A DNA stretch of 64,000 bases from Eledone cirrhosa (lineage: Eukaryota): the NCBI GenBank assembly GCA_964016885.1, contig OZ024741.1:347262001-347326000 (forward strand), written 5' to 3'. The notes beneath the pieces were generated by a model. That model did no database searches. It was not told the DNA's origin and was given only the letters and a program-made list of their open reading frames with translations. A program made the position numbers and the translations under genes. Positions 14,601 to 27,019 of this stretch are shown here, one piece after another. Position 1 is the first letter of the stretch. Each line of letters starts with the position of its first letter.

Positions 14601-15233
14601 TTTTTTTCCGCAGATTCGTCTGTTTTTATTTTAATTTTTCCTTCCTTCTCTATGGCGTTTCGTGGCATAAAGAAAAACAATATATCAGAGATATAGAGTC
14701 CTTGCGAGGTCTGCCGACTTATCAAGAGGATACCTCATTTTACTAGTCTCAAGAACGCGTCTACACGACGTGAGAAAGAATCCCAAAAGGCGGAGGGGGA
14801 GATAGTCACGCGATATAACGGTCGAGAAACAGAGCTAAGCCTCTTATAACCACGAAGAAAATACCACGGAGGCGGAGGGGGTATTCATATCGAGGCCGTA
14901 GAAGAGGTAGTGAAGAAGGCGAGAAGTATGAGTAATGGAAGCTTTCCAGTTGTCCCCACACTTCAAAGATTGCTCGACCAGAGGGAGTTATTAATATATT
15001 TAGAAACACACAGATACATGCGGACACACACATATATACATGAATGCATCCGCACCCAACTGTGAGTTAAGGGTGCCAACTTCACCGATGTTGCTCAATG
15101 AACGACTGGGACAGACCAATTCAGTTTGAACCAGACTGAACCAGTATCAGAGTTAAAAATACATTATGAAGAGAGAAGAAACATTTAGATATAATTAGTA
15201 ATAAAATGTATCATACCTAAACTGTTCCTAAAT

Positions 15234-15321
15234 TCCTCGACTACGTAGTTTCGTGGCATAAACAAAAACAATATATCAGAGATATAGAGTCCTTGCGAGG
15301 TCTGCCGACTTATCAAGAGGA
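15234..15321 (-). ncRNA. Type I hammerhead ribozyme, U3-A8 core variant
   Basis: Reverse complement of the 15490-15577 motif. Confidence 0.8.
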
Positions 15322-15489
15322 TACCTCATTTTACTAGTCTCAAGAACGCGTCTACACGACGTGAGAAAGAATCCCAAAAGGCGGAGGGGGAGATAGTCAC
15401 GCGATATAACGGTCGAGAAACAGAGCTAAGCCTCTGGGATTCTTTCTCACGTCGTGTAGACGCGTTCTTGAGACTAGTAAAATGAGGTA

Positions 15490-15577
15490 TCCTCTTGATA
15501 AGTCGGCAGACCTCGCAAGGACTCTATATCTCTGATATATTGTTTTTGTTTATGCCACGAAACTACGTAGTCGAGGA
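15490..15577 (+). ncRNA. Type I hammerhead ribozyme, U3-A8 core variant
   Basis: Stem I tcctc/gagga; core TTGATAA; stem II gtcggca...tgccac; GAAAC; palindromic stem III ACTACGTAGT; GTC cleavage triplet (after 15572). Confidence 0.8.
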
Positions 15578-16080
15578 ATTTAGGAACAGTTTAGGTATGA
15601 TACATTTTATTACTAATTATATCTAAATGTTTCTTCTCTCTTCATAATGTATTTTTAACTCTGATACTGGTTCAGTCTGGTTCAAACTGAATTGGTCTGT
15701 CCCAGTCGTTCATTGAGCAACATCGGTGAAGTTGGCACCCTTAACTCACAGTTGGGTGCGGATGCATTCATGTATATATGTGTGTGTCCGCATGTATCTG
15801 TGTGTTTCTAAATATATTAATAACTCCCTCTGGTCGAGCAATCTTTGAAGTGTGGGGACAACTGGAAAGCTTCCATTACTCATACTTCTCGCCTTCTTCA
15901 CTACCTCTTCTACGGCCTCGATATGAATACCCCCTCCGCCTCCGTGGTATTTTCTTCGTGGTTATAAGAGGCTTAGCTCTGTTTCTCGACCGTTATATCG
16001 CGTGACTATCTCCCCCTCCGCCTTTTGGGATTCTTTCTCACGTCGTGTAGACGCGTTCTTGAGACTAGTAAAATGAGGTA

Positions 16081-16168
16081 TCCTCTTGATAAGTCGGCAG
16101 ACCTCGCAAGGACTCTATATCTCTGATATATTGTTTTTGTTTATGCCACGAAACTACGTAGTCGAGGA
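16081..16168 (+). ncRNA. Type I hammerhead ribozyme, U3-A8 core variant (copy 2)
   Basis: Identical motif 591 bp downstream. Confidence 0.8.
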
Positions 16169-16671
16169 ATTTAGGAACAGTTTAGGTATGATACATTTTA
16201 TTACTAATTATATCTAAATGTTTCTTCTCTCTTCATAATGTATTTTTAACTCTGATACTGGTTCAGTCTGGTTCAAACTGAATTGGTCTGTCCCAGTCGT
16301 TCATTGAGCAACATCGGTGAAGTTGGCACCCTTAACTCACAGTTGGGTGCGGATGCATTCATGTATATATGTGTGTGTCCGCATGTATCTGTGTGTTTCT
16401 AAATATATTAATAACTCCCTCTGGTCGAGCAATCTTTGAAGTGTGGGGACAACTGGAAAGCTTCCATTACTCATACTTCTCGCCTTCTTCACTACCTCTT
16501 CTACGGCCTCGATATGAATACCCCCTCCGCCTCCGTGGTATTTTCTTCGTGGTTATAAGAGGCTTAGCTCTGTTTCTCGACCGTTATATCGCGTGACTAT
16601 CTCCCCCTCCGCCTTTTGGGATTCTTTCTCACGTCGTGTAGACGCGTTCTTGAGACTAGTAAAATGAGGTA

Positions 16672-16759
16672 TCCTCTTGATAAGTCGGCAGACCTCGCAA
16701 GGACTCTATATCTCTGATATATTGTTTTTGTTTATGCCACGAAACTACGTAGTCGAGGA
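16672..16759 (+). ncRNA. Type I hammerhead ribozyme, U3-A8 core variant (copy 3)
   Basis: Identical motif 1182 bp downstream. Confidence 0.8.
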
Positions 16760-16828
16760 ATTTAGGAACAGTTTAGGTATGATACATTTTATTACTAATT
16801 ATATCTAAATGTTTCTTCTCTCTTCATA

Positions 16829-16923
<95 letters not shown>

Positions 16924-17516
16924 TAGTAATGTAGATATATGACTGCATATGTGTGTGCCTTTGCGTCTGGATATTCGTGTGTATGCATGTACGCTATATA
17001 TATATATACGTATATATATATGTATATATACATATATTTGGGAGTGGGTTTTACGCATAAGAATTGATTCATCTTTGCTTGCTTAAATAATTCAATTAAT
17101 CAGGGCCTCATAATAAATTATCACCTGATATGGCCATTAGGTAATTTTCATTTCTCATAATAACCACAATGGCAACATTAGTGTGAATTTCGCGAAGAGT
17201 TATATGTATAGATTATAGAATATATTTACTCAGATTTAATTAATGATATATCATATCCTTTGGCGCAAGATTGTGTATTTTTAGATGATATTGGCACGTA
17301 AATTTATTACAAATATTACTATTTTGGAGTTAGTTTGAATAGTTGAAATGTGTCAGTCTCAGACATTATATATTAGTGCCTAGTATTCGGGAATGTAATG
17401 CAGCATCGTCGACTCTTCTAAACACCTGATACAATTTTGACAGATACGTCCTGCTGCGATATCTTGTTCTCAGTTTGTATTACAGGTGACACTATATAAA
17501 CATACACACAGACACA

Positions 17517-17687
<171 letters not shown>

Positions 17688-19209
17688 AGAGAGAGAGAGA
17701 GAAAGAGAGAGAGAGATGCGGGTGTGTGTGTCTGTGTGTATACATATATCCTATTTGTCCCGAAAATTGTTATCAGTAACGCAAATTAAAGGTTATTCTT
17801 GAAATTAGACCTATTGCAATTTGGATTAATTTACGTTGGCGACAGCTTGAAAAATCTACGTATATTAGATAACATATTATGCTCCCCTATAGTTAGGTAA
17901 TTGGAAATACAGCTAAAACGACAATATTTCATATTTTGAAAGTCAAGGTATGTGATAGTAAATTATAACTACAAATATCTGTACCAGAGAGTTGATATGT
18001 CAAATAGAGGAAAAGTGTTGCGAACAAGAATAATGGAAGGAAGGAAAGGTTTCAGAATTGACAGCAACACAATATATTTTATTACAAAAATGTTAACAAT
18101 GAAGACGGCTAAATCCTACAGAACAATAAGAAAGGAAATAAAGCGATAGATGTTTATGTTAGACCGGGTGATGGTTTAAGCTTAATACAATATAACAGGA
18201 AAGCTTCCTTCGGCAGACTATTATTATGTGGATTACTAGGGTGGTGCATTGGCCGTAACGGTAGACGGTCGGAGCCCATGCTTTGTAGCATAGAGTTACG
18301 GCCCTTTATGATCTAATAATTACATTCGTCCCTTTGCTTTTGTCTTTTCGAATATTAAATCCGGTGCTGATTTTAATATTAGAACAGAATGAGTTAACCA
18401 ATCACTGCTGATAGCAACAAAATTGTACAGGCATTATGATAGAAAACTTTAATCAGACGCTTAATTGTCAAGAATTATTAACCAAAGTCTTTTGAAATCT
18501 TCTAAAAATGAGTTGATGATCTTAACCCGGAAAATGTCTGTGTTTGTAATTCCTTCGTGTTTAGAAGTGTTCAGTCAGAAAATTAGATTTTTAATTAAAA
18601 AATATACAAACTCATTTACAATAACAAGAAACATTCATAGCAATAGCAACAACAGCCCACATATGAAAACGTTCACAATTTCTTCTGCAAAAATGCTGTC
18701 TGAATTTACATGTCAATTACGAAGTCACAAATGCACTACAACAATTGAAATGTAAATATCCCAGCAGCCTGTCCTATCCACATTTTCAGCAGCTTGACGA
18801 AATTAAATTTACATCGTATTCTTTAAGTTGTAATGGAGATAAAGAAGCATTTCATGAACACTAAGATAATTGTTTCTTCTTTTGGCACAAGGCCAGCAAT
18901 TATCCAGTGCATTACTGGTACTTTATTTTATCGACGCCGTAAGGATGAAAAGCAAAGTTTACCTCGATAACAATATAATTTGCAGGGTTTTAGAATTTTA
19001 AAATCTTACAACCCTTCGAGAACAAAACGATTTTGAATAGGATTCTACATTCTGGACCATAACCTTGGATAATTTGAGCACCAGAGTGAAAGGATCAACA
19101 AATTCCATGTTTATTCATTACTTTAGGGATTTTAATTCATTATTTCGATTTAAATATATATACGTAATGAGCACCCCTCAATACATCGGTAACTTAGTAT
19201 ATTTATAGA

Positions 19210-19210
<1 letters not shown>

Positions 19211-19240
<30 letters not shown>

Positions 19241-20060
19241 CTTCTTCTTCTTCTTCTTCTTCTTCTTCTTCTTCTTCTTCTTCTTCTTCTTCTTCTTCTT
19301 CTTCTTCTTCTTCTTCTTCTTCTTCTTCTTCTTCTTCTTCTTCTTCTTCGCCTATTTACTCCTGGGAGAGTAGTGGGTGCAGAGTTCTCAGGCACTCTTT
19401 CCACTAAGTCCGATCAGAAGCAAACGTCACCAACTGAGCCGGCCGGATCCCAAGCGACACCAACTAAGTTTATAGATACCATCCAACCATGTTGCTTGGG
19501 GTGTACCCCTGGGTCTCCTGTAGGTTAGTTTTGCCAGTGAAATCTATCCATCGATTCTTTCCTGAGACATATTAACAGCATGACTATAGTATCGCAACTG
19601 TGATCTCTCAATTCGTAGAATTAGCGACTCTACTTTCAGTGACACTCTGATCACAAAGCTAGGCATTATATCGAGTAACGTTACTCCAAAGACCCTTCGG
19701 AGCAACCCCATTTCAGCTGATTGTATTCGGGATTGTATTCTTTCGGTCATTGGGCAAGATTCAAGATCAGAGTAAAGGGTTGTCACGAATACTGAACTGA
19801 AACAAGTTTGGCTTTTACATCCACCTCCCTTTGTTTGATTACTAAATGCTGAAGCTGGATCATTACTCCACCAGCTTCAGCTATTCCCGCACTTAATTCA
19901 GCCTCTTGACTTCCGTCCCTCGTGAACACGACTCCGAGTACTTTTCTACCTGCTTCTAAAATCGATTTACATGTAGAGTGCAATGTGCAGGATTCTTGGG
20001 GAAGATGAGCATCTCAGTTTTCACACCGCTGAATTTCATTCCAGCCCTGCAGCCCTTGGC
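19211..20060 (-). mobile_element. RTE-like LINE 3' fragment with (AAG)n tail
   Basis: Minus ORFs give SRIQSAEMGLLRRVFGVTLLD...IERSQLRYYSH and LGVVFTRDG. Long (CTT)n at 19211-19348 lies at the 3' end. Confidence 0.75.
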
Positions 20061-20119
20061 ATTAAACCTATCGAGTAAGTATATATATATTTATCGACTT
20101 TCGTCAAATCCGACCGAGG

Positions 20120-20297
20120 AAACAATGTTTCCGTTGGTCTTTCCAGTTGCTAGTACTATCGGTTGCATCTCCAAGTAGAAGGAGCAACGTGCAATAAAGT
20201 GTCTTGCTGAAGGACATAACGCATCGCTCGGTCCAGGAGTCAAACTCACAATCGCAAGTTCGTGAATCGAATTCTCTAACCACTGAGCCACCTGCCT
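20120..20297 (-). mobile_element. tRNA-derived SINE (family B)
   Basis: Minus strand: ggtggctcagtggttagagaattcgattcacgaac...gagtttgactcctggaccgagc...agcaagacacttta. Confidence 0.65.
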
Positions 20298-20316
20298 TCA
20301 CACACACACACACACG

Positions 20317-20373
<57 letters not shown>

Positions 20374-20388
20374 ATATATGTATAAATA

Positions 20389-20488
<100 letters not shown>

Positions 20489-20682
20489 GATAAATCTACC
20501 AAAAGTTTACGGTAGTGTCCAATCCGTATGAAGAACTCAATGTAATCCGGATATCATGAAAAGAAGAGATGCATTCAAAAATCACTTTCGGTGAAAGATA
20601 AACGGAATACAGAGTCAAGATAAAATATAAAAAAAATAATGAATAAACAAAGAAACAGTTCCTTATATTAAACAAAAAAAGT

Positions 20683-20823
20683 TCATTATTTTACGATCGT
20701 TTCTAGGACATATATGTGTTAGAATTGGTATGCATATTCAAAAAATCTATGTACAAAATTATTCAAACTATCAAAGAGGATATACATACCTTCACATATA
20801 TATGCTGTCTTCAGAAATAATGA
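20683..20823 (-). ncRNA. Type I hammerhead with ~100-nt stem II
   Basis: Reverse complement of 25096-25236. Confidence 0.75.
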
Positions 20824-21648
20824 TGCATATTTATTGATAATAACAACAATTCAAAATTACAGGTCTGTTTGGGAACAGATTTTAAATAGACCAATGAAAT
20901 ACATAAAAATTCATCAACAAAATACAGTTAGGTGTGTGTATATATATATGTAAATCCGTTCACAGATATGCATAAAAATGTATGTTCATATGCATACGCA
21001 TGTTGAAAAAGTGTATGTAAATATAAAAATTTAGGGCTAATGTATCTGTATGCTTACAATCTACAGACAGAATATATATATATATATATAAACACATATA
21101 CATACATGCATACACATACACATACACACACATACATACGCATACATACATACACATACATACACACACACACACACGTATACATTATTATTATAACTAT
21201 ATGGATATTGAGGCGCTCACATAAACACGCCCACACACACTTACATTTAGATGCAGAAGTAAAGGAGGTAAGGGAGTAAGTAATTACAGGAAAGTGTCAA
21301 TTTCGAGATATTTATAAAAATGTATCCATAAAGTTAGAAATAAAAAACATTTTTATAGAAGGAAAAAACTCAAAAAAAAAGGGGGAGGGGAACAAAACAA
21401 TAGGGGGAGTACGTACATACACAGACGCGAATGTCTCACAAAAGAAATATGAAAAAATATAAAAAAACATAAAAGAGAGACATAAAATATACGTGCTTAT
21501 ATACATACGCACATTTACACATCCATACGTACGATACATACATACGTACATACATACACATACACATACTTAAGCTCATGCATATTAACCTGTTTGTATG
21601 CATATACATAAAAATAAGTAAAACATATACCCATACATATAAATACAT

Positions 21649-21701
<53 letters not shown>

Positions 21702-21724
21702 CACACACATATATACATATACAT

Positions 21725-21775
<51 letters not shown>

Positions 21776-21780
21776 CATAT

Positions 21781-21821
<41 letters not shown>

Positions 21822-21947
21822 CACACACACATACCCATGTATATATACAAAACCACACACACATACACACACACACACTCAGACACATATGCACATATAT
21901 ACACATACATACACACATCTCTACAAATACATATACATACATACACT

Positions 21948-21996
<49 letters not shown>

Positions 21997-23820
21997 TCAT
22001 ACACACACATTTACATGCGCACATATGTATTTTTATACTCACATACAAACACACAAACATACATACACACTTTACATACACATACATACATCCACGCTTA
22101 CAAATACAAATAATTATTGGGGGGAAATGAATGTAGATTGTGTTCCCAAGAACTATTTGAAATAATGAAATCTATGGATATCCTATTAAATAAGCGACAG
22201 GAATTAATTATATCGTGTAATCATAAACTGAGAAAAACATTTAAATATTATAAACCTAATTAATAATATATATTTTAGAAATTAATATATAAATTAATTT
22301 TAATACAAATAATTATTGGGGGAGAAATGAATGTAGATTGTGTTCACAAGAACTATTTGAAATAATGAAATCTAAGGATATCCTATTAAATAAGCGACAG
22401 GAATTAATTATATCGTGTAATCATAAACTGAGAAAAATATTTAAATATTATAAACCTAATTAATAATATATATTTTAGAAATTAATATATAAATTAATTT
22501 TAATGTAGTTAACCTATAATTTTAATTCAATTAAAATTCTACTACAGATGAAATTAAAAAATATCGTATAATCATAAACTGAGAAAAACATTTAAATATT
22601 ATTAACATAATTAATATATACTTTGGAAATTAATATATAGATTAATTTTAGTTTATTTAACCTATTAATAAAATTCTTTTACAGATGAAATACAACAAAA
22701 TATCGTGTAATTAATAACGGAGAAATACTTTTTATATTAGGAACCTAATTAATATATAATTTGGAAATTAATATATAAATTAATTTTAATTTAGTTAACC
22801 TATAATTTTAATTTAGTTAGCTTATAATTAAAATTCTAATACAGATGGATTGCAGAATATCGTCTAATCATAAACTGAGAAAAACTTTTAAATATATACC
22901 TTATTAATATACTCTTTACAAATTAATATATAGAGTAATTTTAATTTAGTTAACCTATAATTGAAATTCTACTATAGATAAAATACAAAATTTTGCTTTA
23001 ATTATTATAAACCTAATTAACATATACTATAGAAATAAATATAAAATTTTAATTCAGTTAACGTATAATTAATATTCTACTACCGATGAAATACTTAATT
23101 TGGCTTTCCCTATTACAAAATTTATTTCCTAAAATTGATACCATCATGTTAATATATGTAATTATTTTTAATTTAGTTATGCTATAATTAATACTCTACT
23201 ACTGTTTAACTTCAAAATTCCGCTTTAAATATTATAAACCTAAGTAGTATACACCTTAGAAATTAATATATTAACTATTTATATTTTAATTAACCTATAA
23301 TTAATATTCTACTTATATTTAAATACATAATTTAGCCTTCTTTCTTACAAATACCATTTCCTAAGACTGATACAACTATGTAAACACATATTATGATTTA
23401 ACTGCAGATTAATATTCTATGTTCCTTGAAACCTATATATTTACCAGTTCCCACTAATAATTTTAATCCCCCTCCCCCCCCCCCCCAATAATTATTTGTA
23501 TTTGTAAGCGTGGATGTATGGATGTGTATGTAAGTGTGTATGTATGTTTGTGTGTATAAAAAGTACATATGTGCGCATGTATATATGTGTGCGTACTATG
23601 TAAACACATATAATGATTTAACTGCAGATTAATATTCTATGTTCCTTGAAACCTATATATTTACTATTTCCCACTAATCATTTTAATCCCCCCCCCCCAA
23701 TAATTATTTGTATTTGTAAGCGTGGATGTATGTATGTGTATGTAAAGTGTGTATGTATGTTTGTGTGTTTGTATGTGAGTATAAAAATACATATGTGCGC
23801 ATGTAAATGTGTGTGTATGA

Positions 23821-23875
<55 letters not shown>

Positions 23876-23961
23876 AGTGTATGTATGTATATGTATGTAT
23901 ATGTATTTGTAGAGATGTGTGTATGTATGTGTATATATGTGCATATGTGTCTGACTGTGTG

Positions 23962-24000
<39 letters not shown>

Positions 24001-24182
24001 ATGTATGTCTCTATATATATGTATGTCTGAGTGTGTGTGTGTGTGTGTGTGGTTTTTGTATATATACATGGGTATGTGTGTGTGTATGTATATATATATA
24101 TATATGTATGTATATATGTATATATATATATATGTATATAAATATATATATGTATATATGTGTGTGTATGTATATGTATATA

Positions 24183-24249
<67 letters not shown>

Positions 24250-25095
24250 ATGTATTTATATGTATGGGTATATGTTTTACTTATTTTTATGTATATGCAT
24301 ACAAACAGGTTAATATGCGTGAGGTTAAGTATGTGTATGTGTGTGTATGTACGTATGTATGTATCGTACGTATGGATGTGTAAATGTGCGTATGTATATA
24401 AGCACGTATATTTTATGTCTCTCTTTTATGTTTTTTTATGTTTTTTTATATTTCTTTTGTGAGACATTCGCGTCTGTGTATGTACGTACCCCCCCCTATT
24501 TTTTGTCCCCCCCCCCCTTTTTTTGAGTTTTTTCCTTCTATAAACATTTTTTTATTTCTAACTTTATGGATACATTTTTATAAATATGTCGAAATTGACA
24601 CTTTCCTTTAATTACTTACTCCCTTACCTCCTTTACTTCTGCATCTAAATGTAAGTGTGTGTGGGCGTGTCTATGTGAGCGCCTCAATATCCATATAGTT
24701 ATAATAATAATGTGTACGTATGTGTGTGTGTGTGTGTGTATGTATGTGTATGTATGTATGTGTATGTATATGTGTGTGTATGTGTATGTGTATGCATGTA
24801 TGTATATGTGTGTATATATATATTTATATATATATATATATTCTGTCTGTAGATTGTAAGCATACAGATACATTAGCCCTAAATTTTTATATTTACATAC
24901 ACTTTTTCAACATGCGTATGCATATGCATATGAACATACATTTTTATGCATATCTGTGAACGGATTTAAATACATATATACACACACCTAACTGTATTTT
25001 CTTGATGAATTTTTATGTATTTCATTGGTCTATTTAAAATCTGTTCCCAAACAGACCTGTAATTTTGAATTGTTGTTATTATCAATAAATATGCA

Positions 25096-25236
25096 TCATT
25101 ATTTCTGAAGACAGCATATATATGTGAAGGTATGTATATCCTCTTTGATAGTTTGAATAATTTTGTACATAGATTTTTTGAATATGCATACCAATTCTAA
25201 CACATATATGTCCTAGAAACGATCGTAAAATAATGA
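25096..25236 (+). ncRNA. Type I hammerhead with ~100-nt stem II
   Basis: 9-bp stem I tcattattt/aaataatga; CTGAAGA; long insert; GAAAC-gatc-GTA (palindromic ACGATCGT). Confidence 0.75.
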
Positions 25237-25339
25237 ACTTTTTTTGTTTAATATAAGGAACTGTTTCTTTGTTTATTCATTATTTTTTTTATATTTTATA
25301 TATATATATATAGAGAGAGAGAGAAAGAGAGAGAGAGAA

Positions 25340-26960
25340 AAATATTAAAACTGAAATTAAACACAAAACTGTTAATTCATAGTAAAACACATTATTTTAC
25401 GATCGTTTCTGGGGGGTAGTTCACCGTATGTTCATTCAATTATTGATCTATGTAAAACATATTACAAAATATCATAGTAAGAAAAAGATACATGCGTCTT
25501 TACTACCCGCCGTCTTCAGAAATAATAAGTTTTGTTTATTGAAGAATACAAGAAAACATACATATGGATAAGCAAGGTTTTATAACCAGGTTGAAATTGA
25601 CCAATGTTAAGAATGGAAAGGGGCAGTATAAATCCTTAAGGTTGGTGGTAGTAGATTAATAAATAGGCCATGAGCGAATAAGGTATCAAATGTCTTTAAA
25701 GAAAAGAAATGAAAGTTGTTAGTGTAAATGAATTTACACATATTGTATATAAAAAAGTGTTGAAGGTCAAAGAAGATTACAGTTGGAGGAAAAGGGGTAC
25801 TGAGATTAGTGTGTTACATCAAGTAGAATGGAATAGAACAATCTTAAAAAGTTAGTTATTTCTTTGTTGTGAGGAATAATTTGTTCTAAAAATATATGAT
25901 ATAAAAAATATATATATACTTGTATAGTCATACATGTTTATATATATAGTTATACATTTATGCATATACATACATATACACACACAGATATACATATTCA
26001 CACACACACCTATACTCACACATTTATTCACCTATATCTGTTTCTATATTTGTTTAGTTGTATTCATAATATTTGAATGTCCTTCTAATTTTATGGTTAC
26101 ATACTAAAATTGATTCTTGGCTTTTATTTATTAGAGTGTCCTTCGATTTATTAATTTCAAAAATTTCTTGGGAACATAGTCCGCGCTCCCTTCTATTGCC
26201 CTGATAAGAAATAGTTCTCTTAAGAATCTTCCAAGTTAGGTTATATTTAATATTCTTCTTTTTACAATTATTAACTGCTTCTGCTAAAGAAGTGGTATTT
26301 GCTTATTTTGTGTTTCGGAAACTGTGGGTGTGTGCATAAAATCTCGATTTAAATGGATTAGAAGTGGATCTTATATAGGATTGATTAGAGTCTTTTGTGG
26401 TGATTACACATTTATATACTATATTATTAATTAAGCAATTTCCATTTAAGGGGCAATTATCTTTTATCCTACAATTACAAGTATTTGTATATAGGGTTTC
26501 AGATGTGCTATCCATATTCTCAATAATAATGCTAGTATTTGTGTTTACCTTTTTATTTGGGAGAGAAGGGTGGTTATAATCCGAATTGTTGCTAGTAGGT
26601 GAAATTATGCCTGCTATAGCGTTTATGGAGTCATAGTTGTTTTGGACGCTATTAGTTAGATTGGGTATGTAAATCTTAGTCCCTATTAAGGATGAGGAAG
26701 ATGATAGTTGGTTGTAGTCTACTATATTGTGCTGGTGAGGTGAGTGAGCGGATCTATCAGGTGGGTATGCAGTAATATTCTAGTTATGCGTTGTAGTATT
26801 ACCATAGTTATCTTGTGTGTGGTGTGCTATTTTGTGTGGTATAGATGGAACTTTTTTACATTTATAGATGTTATATGCACTTATTTTTTGTTGAATATTG
26901 CTCGATGTGGAGTAAGAAAATTTTACTGCATTTCGGTTTATGATGGGGCCATTAATAGAA
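25340..26960 (-). mobile_element. Naiad-type PLE 3' fragment: RT C-terminus, GIY-YIG endonuclease, pseudo-LTR
   Basis: INRNAVKFSYSTSSNIQQKISAYN; CNCRIKDNCPLNGNCLINNIVYKC...SYIRSTSNPFKSRFYAHTHSF; HHR in the downstream non-coding part. Confidence 0.85.
25391..25526 (-). ncRNA. Type I hammerhead with ~100-nt stem II
   Basis: attattt-CTGAAGA-c.ggcgggtagt...actacccccc.a-GAAAC-gatc-GTA-aaataat. Confidence 0.78.
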
Positions 26961-27019
26961 ACCATTAATAACAAAACCATTAATAACAAAAATAACCATT
27001 AGAAACCATTAATAACAAA

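Larger units (their letters stand above)
9163..14656 (-). mobile_element. L1/Tx1-clade non-LTR retrotransposon, near full length with a few frameshifts
   Basis: ORF1 with zinc knuckle, then APE endonuclease, RT and C-terminal CCHC. The 3' UTR ends in AATAAA abutting (TATC)n. Confidence 0.95.
14657..16834. mobile_element. 591-bp HHR-containing tandem repeat (retrozyme / non-autonomous PLE-like), inverted arrangement
   Basis: Minus-oriented 1.3 units (14657-15435), then plus-oriented 2.4 units (15436-16834; period 15436/16027/16618). Copies are almost identical, each unit has one HHR, and the array ends in (TA)n. Confidence 0.85.
20620..25300. repeat. Large inverted repeat (arms ~20620-22123 and ~23692-25300) with AT-rich tandem-repeat spacer; PLE-derived
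   Basis: Arms are reverse complements including the unique segments. Each outer end carries an HHR. The spacer has a ~200-bp direct duplication (22104-22505), degenerate ~120-bp AT-rich repeats and a ~220-bp duplication (23376-23810). Confidence 0.85.

Noticed and set aside
9287-14634. Plus-strand ORFs overlapping the Tx1 element
   Set aside because: Antisense shadow frames of the GC-richer LINE ORFs.
14806-16596. Three identical 75-aa ORFs (MCVSACICVF...)
   Set aside because: They are simply copies of the 591-bp repeat, start in a TG-repeat and show no recognisable domain. Coding is not supported, though not excluded for a circular RNA.
14657-16834. CRISPR-like or rDNA/5S/snRNA tandem array interpretation
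   Set aside because: No short repeat-spacer structure and no recognisable 5S, snRNA or tRNA sequence in the unit.
22130-23400. Mitochondrial control-region insertion (NUMT)
   Set aside because: Extremely AT-rich but no mitochondrial tRNA, rRNA or gene remnants; explained as degenerate tandem repeats.
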